From Marsupella aquatica (Eukaryota > Plantae > Marchantiophyta): 64,000 nucleotides of DNA. Both the position numbers and the translations under genes were made by a program. The stretch is from assembly GCA_973895155.1 (NCBI GenBank), contig OZ316896.1:12068449-12132448 (forward strand), in the 5' to 3' direction. This document shows positions 1 through 12,440 of this stretch, one piece after another; the stretch's first letter is position 1; each line of letters begins with the position of its first letter. A model generated the notes under the pieces. It did no database searches and had not been told where the DNA came from. It was given only the letters and a program-made list of their open reading frames with translations.

Positions 1-1129
1 TTTGATTCAAAAAGAGCTTACACACATAATCCCCCAAAAGTGGGGTTCAGACGCTTCTAGTAACACAAACTCTTTTTGATTCTGGATGGGAACTGGCTGT
101 TCCAGTTTCCGGTCAATAATCACTACAATCCAACAGAACAGTCTTAAATACTGAACACGTTACTCGTAGAAGTGAGTGAAGTCTCTACTAAACCAACCAA
201 TCAGCTCCTGATGACCCCTGCCAGAAAGCGGAGGACGAGAAGAATCCTAGAACCACTCAATTTTCATATGTAAACTGATCTCCAGCCAAATCTTGCTCTT
301 AGTTCTAAGCAATGAGTTCTGCACATTCTCCTTCTCCAAAGTGTAACATGTTTCCAAACTTTGGCAAATCTTGAGAGGGGTGGCTTGCATCCTTTATGAT
401 GTTCAAGGTTGATGAGGCTCCTCAGCTTTACTCATATGGGTGGCTGTTAACTGATGGGTTACCAATCTTGTGAGAGCTAGTTAGCATCCTCTTGGGCATC
501 CTTGTTACAGACCCTAGTCAAGTGAAGCAAAATGGGATGGAAATGGTGTCTATCTTGTTTTTAGTGACCTGGGCTCTCTTTTTTTTCTTAGCTATTAGGG
601 CATGTCAAAGCACAGCTGTAACTCAGTTATGGCTAAGGACATTAAACCCTATTATGGCCAGGACAAAATCACTATGAGCTACCAAAATATATATCCCTCA
701 AGATGATAAGTCCAAAAAAATAACACAGTAAAACCTAGTCTCATTTGTAGATACTGCTAGAAAAATTGGGCCAAAAATGACCCAGAATAAGTGGAGAATT
801 CTTAAAAAACATTTCCCTGCGATCTGATTGGTGTCAGGCTTTCTTTAAACTCAATTTTAAATGGAACTCGGACAGAATTAGATGCAGGCATGGAACCCTT
901 TCTGATCTGTGTCTGGTTCCGAACCGAGCCCCTTTCAGGTCCGGGGCTGGCTTCAGGTACGGGGACGGTTTAAAGTGCCGCCTACCACCAGCTGCCCATC
1001 TATCGCCCACCGGACTGACATAGCCAGGGCACTAGGGCAGGGCAGACCAGGCCCAGGACTCAGGACTCAGGAACGTGCCCTTCTGCCCAGCTGCCCTTCT
1101 GCCCAGGGAAACAAAACAAAATCCCCCCT

Positions 1130-1710
1130 ACCATGTAACGCCTTTCGTTAGGTGCCCCCGGGCAGGACGTGGGTACCCAGAGAAGCCATTCCTTTGTTTT
1201 TCTCTGTGCCCGCGATCCGTTGATGCCCGCGGGCAGAAGCTGGGTCCCAGAAAAGATATTAACGGATGTGCCATTCCTTTGTGTTTCTAGGAGCCCGCGC
1301 AAACGTCACAAACATAAAGGATCATGCCCGCGGGCAGCAGATGTGTGTCACTGTGTCAGGGAAGCCGCAACCATATGCAGGGCATGCCCACTCCTTTGTT
1401 TATCTCACTGCCCGCGAAAACGTCACAAACATGAAGGAACATGCCATTAGTTTGTTGCCCGCGGGCAGCAGGTGGGTGCCTGAGAAGCCGCAGACAAAAG
1501 TATGCAGGGACATGGCATTCCTTTGTTTTTATCCTTGCCCGAGTCACTGACTGGCCATGGTTTTTTCCCCGCGGGCAGAAGGTGGGGGAGTCAGGGAACC
1601 CAGACATATCAAGGGACGCTTTGTTTTTCTCGGTGCCCGTGCAAACGTTCACATGTAACGCCATTTGTTTGGTGCCCTCGGGCAGGAAGTAGGTGCCCAG
1701 AGATGCCGCA
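1130..1710. repeat. Degenerate GC-rich tandem array (6 units, 70-130 bp) with palindromic core TGCCCGCGGGCA; probably part of a transposon
   Basis: Cores at 1153, 1224, 1325, 1456, 1566 and 1673 (three perfect palindromes). Shared CATTCCTTTGTTT and AAACGTCACA motifs lie between them. Confidence 0.8.
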
Positions 1711-2409
1711 GTGAAAAGATGTCCCTCTGGGCTAAGGGCGGGAAAAAGGAACCGTCACTAACTTAAGAATCTCCGCTAGTATGGCCGGAACCCCAATACT
1801 CAGTACTATACAGGAGTACAATCTTCAAATAATGGCCCGGGGACGGACACGCGGCTAACGTCAGACTCTCCTCTACTATGACCGGACCTGTAGTAGAGTA
1901 CTGTATACCCATAAATTTTATTTATTGTCCGCGATCGATGAGCATTTTATAGTCTGGCCACTTAAAACTTCGGAAAGGTACAAAAGAGGCTTTAAGTTTA
2001 TTCCCTGTTCCTATAGTAGTTCCAGTGGGATTTGAATAATTGATACCTCTGAACTGACATCTTTGTCCTCTACTTAACATCGTCCTAATCTGGTTTAGTA
2101 ATTGGGATTAAAACTATGCCAGATGTTTTGGGAACTGGGAAGGAAATTGAATGCCACACAGTAGGCTGCAAACAGAAATTTGGGTTGGTAAAAGCAAAAT
2201 ACAGGGAAAGGAAGACTGAAAAAAATTTGGCTGGGGAAAAATATGAGGGCCACCAACAAAAAGTATGAATGAGCAATTAAAAATAATTCCTTGCCATTGA
2301 GAATCACAGACCAAGAAAGCTATGTCCTTGAAGCCCAGTTTTTGTTTCTTCCCTATGAAATTTACGAAATAGTATCATATGTGTGCCCATAATTACTCCA
2401 AAATATTTA

Positions 2410-2790
2410 CACTGTTCACCTTAATTAGTGTTATGCAAAAATTAGTGTTAGTACAAAATTAGTGTTCCTAACACTAATTTTGGTAAAAATGATTTTGAGT
2501 CCAAATAACACTAATTTTTATCGATTTTCAAAATGAATTTTTTTCAGTTTAGTTTAAATTGCTTGTAAAAAATGGATGATCTCTAGTCCAAAGTAACACT
2601 AATTGTTGTGGATTTTTTAAAATAGTTTTTCCTTTGTATTTTGCCACTTTTAAGACCATAGTAACACTAATTCATGTGCGTGAATATAGTGTTAGCACAA
2701 AATTAGTGTGACTAACACTAATTCATGAGTAGACCCTGAAAATGGGTGCTCTCGAATTAGTGTTAGTCACACTAATTACGGTGAACAGTG
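2410..2790. mobile_element. Tc1/mariner-type MITE (381 bp)
   Basis: TIR CACTGTTCACC(T/G)TAATTAGTGT at both ends, TA target duplication (2408-2409 and 2791-2792), about 11 internal AATTAGTGT/ACACTAATT motifs. Confidence 0.85.
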
Positions 2791-4482
2791 TAGTATTCAA
2801 ATGGGCAATATGAGGCACAGTACGGTTGCAAAATGTCTGGATTTAGCCAAATTGTGAGCGTTTAGTGGTTGTCAGCCTTCAAAAGTTATTTTTACTTGCT
2901 CACATACCATTGCAGATGGCCATTTTACTTGCTCACAGACCTTTAAGAGTCAAGTTTTCCCAGTTGGCTTTTGCTAGTACTGAGTGTTACTGCATTGTCC
3001 CTCTTGTTGCGCCACTGGTTTAACCAAAGTAACTCTGGTTAACTTGGAGAGATCTAACAGTTCACATCCTGCCAGTTTTCAGCATAGGACTATCGTCATT
3101 ATCAACATATTCACCTCAACACCCGTGGTAGAGTCAGGCATTGGGCATACAGATTCATGCCTTGTTGAGACCATGAGATTCTCGACCCCCAAAAGGCAAT
3201 TTTAGAAATTCCTTGTTATCCAATGAAAGAATTAAAAAGTATGGTGTCTGTTGAGATCTCAAGACTGTACTTTATTATTTATCTTTATGATGGATATAAT
3301 GGTAGCATCCCGGGTAGCATGGTACCTCTTAGGAATCCTTTCGCCAAGATGTAAAGGCGTGGGGAGTGTGCAACCTGTGAAAATCAAAGCATTATACTTA
3401 TCTTCTTAGAGATGCTTAGACTCGTTATAATGCATCAATTCTCGTAATTGACGGTTGAGGTACCACAAGAAGGTACCCTTCTTGCTGTATCCAATTGATT
3501 CAATTGAATGACTGACGGAGTATTTACTTTATTTTTTAGTTTCCAAGTAAAGGGGGATGGTACAACGCAGAAATAACTCCTCATATTAAAGGCACAGAGA
3601 TTCCAACACCAATGCCTCACTATCAAGGGGAGTTATTGTTGTTAACATGTGCCTAAATAATTGTGAATCGTTGAGTAATCTCATTCTGAAGGGATTTATT
3701 GTTGTTAACATGTGCCTAGTTGTGAATGGTTGGCTCCTGCACAAGCCTGTTTGACTGGAATATTATGGAGTAGGTCATGCAATTGAAGGGAAGGTGATGT
3801 CTATGGGAAGGTGCACAGAATCTACATTTTAGCAAACACTCAGCCTAAACTGGAGTATATTAGAAGCACTTTGGCTTCAACCTCACAAAAATTCAACTCA
3901 CACCCAGGTAAGGGGAGGAGTTAGTCGAGCAAGGAGGTGGGAGATCAAAATCATTGAGCCTCAATATTGGCCCAACTACCTTACAAACGGGCTTACAAAC
4001 ACTGATCTGCCGTTTCCTGTTTTGGTTCAAAATAACCCAACCGTCCAGAAAATTATTGAGTGATACTCATCAAAGCATGTCTTCAAGCCAAGGCAGGACG
4101 AGCCTCCAACACTATCCTAACAAAAATGCTAGGCATGAGCATGCCCTGACAAAAAGAACAACCAACAATACATTGGCAAGATTCTAAGTGTTTGCTTTGC
4201 AACCTGCTTTGGAGTTAGCTTAGATTAAACCTAATTAAGCTAATGATTTGATAGAATTGTTAAGGAAGGAAAGAAAAACTGCCAACACACTAGTACAACA
4301 AGAATAAAAGATGGAAAAGTCCAAACAGATGGAAAACTGCCACCTCCACCAGGTTGAAACTACAAAGACCAGTGTGACTAGGAGTTCATGAAGTCAAAAC
4401 TCCTTGGAACTGAAGTTATGCGGTGAGCCCCACCACTACTCCAAAAGTGCCTGTATATGCTAGCAGGGCCTGCATTACTTAA

Positions 4483-4624
4483 ACCACCACTGGCCATATA
4501 AAGCGAGGAATGTCAAAAAAATTCATTCCTCATTCCTCTTCTCTACCGTGAAACTTATTTCCACAATTTTGGGAAAAAATACTAAAAATGGTGTAACCAC
4601 ATTTTTGTCTTGGCTAGTGGTGGT
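4483..4624. mobile_element. Small MITE with 14-bp TIR flanked by TTAA
   Basis: TTAA-ACCACCACTGGCCA ... TGGCTAGTGGTGGT-TTAA (1 mismatch). A diverged second copy lies in opposite orientation at ~39585-39750. Confidence 0.75.
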
Positions 4625-4999
4625 TTAAAGCCCCACTGGCTTTAAAGCCTGCCCATTTTTATTTAGGGGATAAGACTGATCTCCATTTATTCTAGATGTC
4701 AAGTAGTTCTGTGCAAAGGTATTTCATGAACCCCACTTTGGGATGGATTTTTGTGCAACAGTGCATGATTTCTGAAGATTGAACTGGGAACCTTGTCCTA
4801 ATCAAGGCTGGTGTTGGTGGCTGCGCTTTCTGGGATGACTAATGTCAAGCAAGCTCTGCAATTAGTTGAATTTACACACTATATATAGCATTCAAAGATG
4901 TAAAGACAGATCTTTGATCTGATTCATGTTCTGTGTGCGTTCAGCAAAGCGCAGTAACAGACCAAATTGAATGGTTGGATAAAATGGCATCTATACTGT

Positions 5000-5660
5000 A
5001 GTGGTAATTAGGTTCAAACAAATATTAGTCAGATAAAATATGTGACGTTCCAGAAATGGGTGACTGGCAAAATGTGCCAGCAGTTAGGGGAAAAGAGGAG
5101 GAAATTAAATTCCAGACATGACAACCTAAGTAGAAAACCTCAAACGAGACTAAAAAGGGTGTTATCCATTGAAACTGGCTAGGAACACATATTTTGGCTA
5201 ATAGGAAGAGAAACATTGGGAAAAATGGATTGAAAGAACTCTTGAAAGCAAGTAAAGATGACTTTTTGCAATTGAGTAACAGGAGCCCGGCAGGGAGCCA
5301 GGTTAATGACATACACCCATACAAATTTGCTCTATTTTGATTTGGAATTTCTCTTGAAATTAGATAACCCTCAAAGCAGGCTTGCCACAAGGATCAAAAC
5401 CTCATAACCCAAGGCCAGGTAAATGAGTTTAGTGGAACACTCCCCAAGATTAGTAGCAAGGTTTGGCTCTCTTGATCACTTTAGGGATTAGGGTCAATAA
5501 TTTTAATTGTTTTTTCTTCTGCTGATCAATGTTATATGTCTGTCCCTGGGCAACGACAACCTTCTGCCTGGGAAACCAGATTCATGTTGTGAAGGAGCTT
5601 GCATAGGATAGCACAAAATGGCATACTAATAACAGTCAGTCTGCATCAAGGGGACCTACC
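5000..5660 (-). mobile_element. Degenerate L1-type LINE relic (region just after RT)
   Basis: The minus frame reads LDAD*LLLVCHFVLSYASSFTT*IW, resembling the LS.AGR.LV..HVL.S..SY..S.W segment of plant L1 ORF2. Many stops. Confidence 0.45.
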
Positions 5661-8602
5661 ACCAGTCCACCACCCACAATAGCCAGAAAGTGGAAAAGAC
5701 TAGAAAGTGAGTTTTGTGCAGTTCAGCCTGATGTATGGATGGATGCCCATCATGTATCCATGTCCACATGGAGGGGTGTACACACCCCAATGGCTGCCAC
5801 AGATGCATTAGGAGGAGGGTACGGTAAATTAAAATCAAAATTTGTGCCTGTCAGTATATATTTGGGCTCCTTGTGAAACCTAGAAAGAGTTTATCTTGGA
5901 GATATTTGCAACAATTCTTTTTCTTTATTTCATTTCATGAAAGGGCACAGGGCCAAAAAACCACCGGAGGGGAAAAAACCACCCAAACAAAGACAAAGAG
6001 GCGCCAATGCCATGGGCCAAGAGGCCTACAAAGAAACACACTAGTCATGCCACCCAACCCTTAAGAGCCATGTCATAATGGCCCCAAAAGCAAACCAATC
6101 CAGTTCCACAGTGTTCCTCTTTAGTTTATCCTGCCACGTGCTGTTCTGCTGCCTACTGAGACTATCTAAGTTTCACAACATTCGCATCATTCTGGTGGAA
6201 ATATTGACTTTTCAGTGTTTACATTATTTTTCAAATGCAAAAATGAAAAGTAGCAGAGTCTTAGTCTAGCCTTCTTTCATTTTCTAAAATGAAAAATATT
6301 GAATGGTTTGTGCACTATGCAGGATAGCTCTATGGTAAGGTATGGGTGATCTGTGGCCCATATGGATGATAGATACATACATTTCATGCCACAGATGGGT
6401 CATTGGTGCTGCTGTAGGTAAGTGGAGTGATTTGGCCAAAAAGGCTCTCTGAAGGATCTCAAGGGGACCACCCTCAAAGTTTGGTGGTGAGCTATGTTGT
6501 TTCTCTTCTTTTTGGGGGAAACTTCTATAACTGGTTTGGTATTTAGTGCTGACTGAAAAACAGTTTAGTCATTTTACTTTTTATTTGTAATTTTACATTT
6601 GATATGGCAAAGTTGGGTGAAAATGGGACGCTCATAGGTAAGTTTTGTTATTTATGCTTGCCAGATTAGACTCTGGGATTGCTTAAATCCAGACAATGTA
6701 GGTTATCACACATATTAATCTCAGCACTATAACTATGGCACTCTCTGTTTCCCTCATACACCAATATGTTTCCCTCTGGATAGACAACCTGAAGGAAGGA
6801 AAGAATTAATGTTCATTACAAAAAAGAATGCTTGGATGGAAGATAGTGGGTCTCAATTGGTGAGCACTCGTTGGGATTGTTTCACCCTGGGCTAAGTCTA
6901 TGTCAAGGTACTGCACCCTGTTTTCTTGGGGCCTTGTACATGTCCCCATCCCCGTCCCCAATAGGTGCTGCCTGCTCCGGCCCTATCAACTTAGTTTGCG
7001 TTTTGGCATCTCCTGCCCTATCAACTTAGTTTGTGCTTTGGCATCAGTTTTAGGTTTATGCTTTGACAGCCTTCACTTTTAATCCCTCCTCCATTGTAGA
7101 AAACATAAAAGTGCCCAATTTCTCGTAAAGCCACCCTAAAGCCCCATTTGTTTTTTGACCCTTTGATAATTGAAGACGGTAATTTTCCTGAACAGTATAG
7201 ATGCTCACACACCGTATACAGGTTCACGAACTCACGCTCGTGCAATGAGTTCTTATAGCGTGCTGTACGCATTTGGAATTCGCATGATGGCCGATGGATA
7301 TCCACCACATCAAAGATGCGGGCATGATACTCTGATAATTATACACCCCAGTCATATCCAAATTTCCCACGCTCTTCCCATGTCTGGAAATCGGGCATGC
7401 ACATGGATAGAAGTAGAGTAAGGGGGCCCTCGGGCCCTCGGGCAGTCGGGAAGTCGGGCAGAGGGCAGTAAGAAAAAACATTCATGCATGTGCCGGTTTG
7501 ACGACTTCCCGCGCGATTTCGTATCCCGGCTTCGAGATTCCCGGAACGATGTGGCTTCGAGATTCCCGGGGAGCCCGGGAGGCAAAGCGCGATTCGCTCG
7601 CTCCCGGTACACAAATAGTGCTTGTACCGAGGGGGGGCAAGGGGGCGATGATGTTCGCTCAAAATAGTAATTAGATAGTGAAACTTTAAGTCATTAGGAC
7701 AAAAGTTTAGTTTATGTCGGTGTTGTTGAGATTGGGAAACTTTTATGGTGCATGTGTTTCAAATATTTTGAGCATTTTGCTGTAAAACACTGATTATGAG
7801 TTAGACATTTTTGAAAGTGAAGAACTTAAATTTACAGAAATTGTTTATGACATCTACAACTATAATAAGGGATCCTGTGTTTTTTAGTCATTCATCCCAA
7901 TACAAAACAACCAATACAAAACAACCCCTGGGTGGGAAAGATACACAGTTTTATGATTCATTGACTATTTTCCCTGATCATTGATGGAGGAAATGGATAC
8001 CCCTAGCGCATATGTGTTTCTCATGCTGCCCCATATATACCCCGGCCCGACTCACTATGGGCCGGCCCTCCTCATGCCGTGCAACACATGGGCATAAGGG
8101 TCGTGAAACTATAATTTGAGAGACAACATACTAACTTTGAATGTGAACCACACACAACCTGATCGTCCCTCTGGCAATTTAGGGAGTCGTCACCCACCTT
8201 AGTGACCCTGCAGACAGTGAAAAACATTCACGCTTGTAAAACATTTGCTGGCTTGACTGGTTCCTGCAGTATATATGCATTGTGGCAAAGCGTGATCACA
8301 GTTGGTCATTCCCAGCGTGACACTACACACGGAATGATTGGGTTTGCACATGCCCTCTGAAAAAATTAATATGTTTTTGTTTCAAATTATGTTGCAATGC
8401 TGTGAATGATTTCTGGACATTTTTATGTTTCCAACAAACAATGTCCACAGTGGTAAATCACATAAATAACTCATTTTCCTCAAAATTAATCTTCCTTGTA
8501 CATGTTTTCCTAAGTTTTATGAAACACTCTCAAAAAGCAGAAAACACAAGAGATAGATCCCAAAGGCAAGATATGCATCAAAAGGAGGGAAAAGACAAAG
8601 AT

Positions 8603-8772
8603 AGATATAATTGATGGACTCTCAAAATCAAAAAGTGTTACTGGGATGGACCCAACGAGTGATCCAGATTGTTCATGGACCTTAAAGTACTACAGTAGTA
8701 TGCAAAACCCACTGGGCTTCATGTGGTCTATCAAACGACACTTTTTGATGTAGAGGTCCATCAAATATATCT
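8603..8772. mobile_element. Mutator-like MITE (170 bp); a partial inverted copy lies at ~9710-9815
   Basis: TIR AGATATA(A/T)TTGATGGAC at both ends with internal GATGGAC repeats. 9711-9815 is the reverse-complement homolog of ~8611-8712. Confidence 0.6.
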
Positions 8773-10189
8773 CTCACAAGACGAAGGAAAAATACAAAGG
8801 TTATCAAAACACTACCCAACATTTTGTCCCATTCCTGAAAGCCTCAATAATTATTTGTTAGGAGAAACACAAAGACTAGACCAAACACTACCTAACATTT
8901 TGTCTCATGAATGACAGTTGCAATAATAGTAATTTGTTTCTTGAGCGAACCTAATCAACCTATATAGTCCCTGCGGTACTCTGCCGTAGAGTCATCCGGC
9001 TGTCCACCGTAAAAGCGTTGCCGGCGCGAAACGGTGGGGGGTCACCGGCAAGGAGGACACGGCAACACGGGGATGACGGATGGCCGTAAAAGTGAGAAGC
9101 ACTGCAAAACAAGCTTTCCAGCGGGGAAGACGGGAAGTTGCCGGAGCTGGCATTCTGGTCAGCGGCAGTCTCGGGCCCTTCATTGACTCTGCCACGGTAC
9201 CCGTCTACCCGAGGCTGGTTTGAACTTCCGAGCCAAGGATTGCGTTGCCACGTGAAGGGCTTGCCCGCTTGGTGATCATTACAGTATGGTGTCATTCTGT
9301 CGTTTGTAACCTCTTTACATGCACACATTTGCTTCGTGACAGTGTAAGCTGAGAAGTGAGGAGTGTGACTTGAGTGGGTGCAAATTTTGAAATCGACTTT
9401 GATGGGTAGGTTAAATGAATATATTTCAAATTTGTGAAACCATCGTTGCCACGATATGGACCCCAAACCAAAGTTTCTCCCTAACCCATTTTTGAAAGGC
9501 GTATCAGAATTTATAAATCAGTGAAAACAAAATACAATGAAAGGAAAGAAAAAAAAAGTTACAAAGAGGACAAACACCTAACCAGAAAAAAGAAAGGCAA
9601 GTGTAAACCTAAAAAATGACCAATAAAAAGAGAAAAGCTACTTGAGTGTAAAATCAATGACTAGTGTCTACATTGGAATATGTGACAGGTTTTCTCCCTA
9701 ACTCATTCTAGTAGGTTTTGGGTACATTGATTTAAGGTCCATCAAGAGTCTGGTTTACTCATGGGGTCCATTAAGTAATACTTTTCATCTTAGTGGTCCA
9801 TCAAAAAAGTATTTGTAGCATAGGGTGACTCTACGAAACCTTGATGACAGTTTCATTACTTTTCTACTAAAGTTAAATTGTCAGCCTTTTCCTATACTAA
9901 AGATAGGGTATATAGACTGAAAGAGAGCTGGGAATCATTTAATGGTCCCAAAGGTCTTGTAAAGTGAACTGCAACAAATGGTGCTTGAGTAATTTTGTAA
10001 GAGACAAGTTAAAGACCTACTCCACCTAAAAGTAATGTAGTTCTTTGACTGGCTTCCTTCTTACTTTGACAAAGATAAGATTTGATGGAGAACCTGTGGG
10101 TCCACTTTAAGTGCAAAAGATTCAAATTAGGAATGGACCTAAGGGGCTAGATGAAGAGGCCTACAATAGAAGTGGTCTAAACTTTGAGA

Positions 10190-10385
10190 CAAAATTGTGC
10201 CCCACATATGCAAAATTTGGGTCCTACTCTATTTCATGTAGGATTGCAACAACTGACTGTAGGAGGAACGCCCCCCAATCTTTTGTAAAGTGACCTGCAA
10301 CAGAATCTCCCCAATGGATGGCCCTATCACATCTTGGGGACCAGGAAAAGGAGCAAACTGCCCCAACTTTTTGTAAAGCCATCAT
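10190..10385. repeat. Dispersed repeat (retroelement relic), also at ~30318-30505
   Basis: Shared colinear blocks caaaa.ttggg.ccta, atctccccaatggatggccc..tcacat and ttgtaaa.ccatc. Confidence 0.65.
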
Positions 10386-11534
10386 CACCCCAACATGCCA
10401 CCCATACATTTGCTTATTAGGTCAACTTATATTCACTTCCTATCATTGGACCCTACCCCCAATATGTTTTTTGATTGACTCAAAAAATTGAGATATACTC
10501 CATTCTTGACATTCTATATTGTTGAATTATATATTTGTCATCCTTGTTTGTCTAATTATTATAGTAGCTTGACTCGATTACCCATCCTTTGAGCCTAAAT
10601 AGAGGTTAAGACATCCAAATTCTTTGCCCATTCACAGGATCATATGCAATTAATTTCCACTTCCTCATCACATGATGTGCCATTTTCAGAGACTCACCTT
10701 GAGCCCGATCCACAGTTTCCATCTACACCTTCCACTCTAGTGACACCCCAAAGTCACTTTCTAGAGGCTTCAATGTTGAGGATTCACTGTAGACCCAAGG
10801 AGTAGCTTTTGATCATGATTGTGTAGTCAGACTGCCACCTTTAATCCCCACTGGTTAAGCAGAGTAACTGCGGTTAGTTTAGAATGATCCCACGGTCAAA
10901 ATATTTTCATCTGACCTATTTTTACATGCAGTTGTTTGTGGAACATAGTTCTCGGTGAGATTCTCATTTTGAACCCTTTTACTCATTCGTGCTATTAGGA
11001 TGTGGTGTCAAACTCGTGGCAGAACCCACACACACCGTGCAAGCCCACGCAGAATGCAGGCCTCCTGAAACCCTGCAGGAACTCATCAAACCTTGAGATT
11101 TGAAAGCACTTGTTGAGAGCAAATTGCCAAAACATCTAATGAAGTTTGAGATTACCTAAATCTTGCAGTTTGGATGGCGGAGTAATGAGCAGCTCATCCC
11201 AACCATGACAAAGACCAGCCTCATTCAACGCTTGTGATTTGATGAGACACAGTTGGTGATAGAAAACCCTGTAGTCATGGTTCAACAGATTAGTGGTAGT
11301 GATTCAAATGCTTGTAGTGAGAGTTCACTCAGTTTGCTTTCGCTGAAGAACCTCTGATGAACATCTTGTACAGCTGGTAAGAGGAGTTCTGGTTTGTAAA
11401 ACAAGTTTCATAGGGCCCAATCAAAGAAAGGTATAGTGTAATGACTTTGGTTTGGGGTACTAGTTGTAATCCAGTGACCAAAAAGTGAACAAATGTGGAC
11501 AGGTGGCAGCCCAAGAAGTTTTTCTGAGCTTTGT

Positions 11535-11721
11535 GGGAACAAGTTTCAGACTAGAAACCCCAACCCAAACAGTCATTATCATAAATAATACCTGTCCAGA
11601 AAAAAATTACTGGGTAAGATTTTATGGGCACAAGTTTCAAACTAGAACCCCGGCCCAAAGAGTCATTATCATTCGTAATATTTGCGGGGAAAAAAATTAC
11701 CCGGTGAGATTTCTTGGGCAC
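11535..11721. repeat. Tandem duplication, ~90-bp unit x2
   Basis: caagtttca.actagaa..cc..cccaaa.agtcattatcat....aaaaaaattac occurs twice. Confidence 0.8.
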
Positions 11722-12246
11722 AGGGTTATGGAAATGGTAGCACCTAGTAGAAAAAATTACACACCAATAATATTTATTCAAATTTTTAGCATGGGGTCCA
11801 CCAAACATATCCATTGATATTCATCCTACTAAACACATTCAGTCCAAGTGTGTACATCTTTTAAGAAACAAAACAGAAGATAATATATTAGCCTTGAGTT
11901 ACTCCTGAAATAAAAGCAATCAATGGCACTAAAGTAGTACAGAAGCCAGAGTACAAGAAAACAACCCAGGAGAGCAATATTCTGGCCTTGACTTATTTTC
12001 ATGAAATAAAAACAATCAATGGCACTATAGTAGTACACAAGCCAGAGTACCGGAGTAATGAACGTTACAACTGTTTGTCACGGGACTGACGAGTGCTGCT
12101 CGAGCTGCTGCGAGTGTGAAGAGTGTTGTCGCCGTCAGAGAAGGGGCAGAGACTGAGATCAGATCTCACAGGGCACGGCAAGGCAAGGCAAGGCAAGGCG
12201 GGGAATGGTGGCGATGGGGCAGTAATAATCACAGAAAACCCAGTTG

Positions 12247-12440
12247 CAATGCTCCAAAAGCGCGAGTGATGAGAGCCCTGATGAGTAATCCCAATTCCAA
12301 TGCTCCAAAGCGTGAGTGATCAGGAGCCCTGATGAGTAAATCCTGATTCCAATGCTGCAAAAGCGCGAGTGATGCGAGCCCTGATGAGTAATCCTGATTC
12401 CAATGCTGCAAAGCGCGAGTGATGAGAGCCCGGATGAGCA
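12247..12440. repeat. 51-bp minisatellite x4 upstream of AIR9
   Basis: Units start at 12247, 12298, 12350 and 12401. Consensus CAATGCTSCAAAAGCGCGAGTGATGAGAGCCCTGATGAGTAATCCTGATTC. Confidence 0.9.

Noticed and set aside
1130-1710. CRISPR-like array (palindromic repeats with variable spacers)
   Set aside because: The spacers are homologous to each other and irregular in length, the context is eukaryotic, and there are no cas genes.
12247-12440. Tandem hammerhead ribozymes (CTGATGAG)
   Set aside because: There is no GAAA core after stem II (it reads CCAAT) and no convincing stems I/III. Kept only as a minisatellite.
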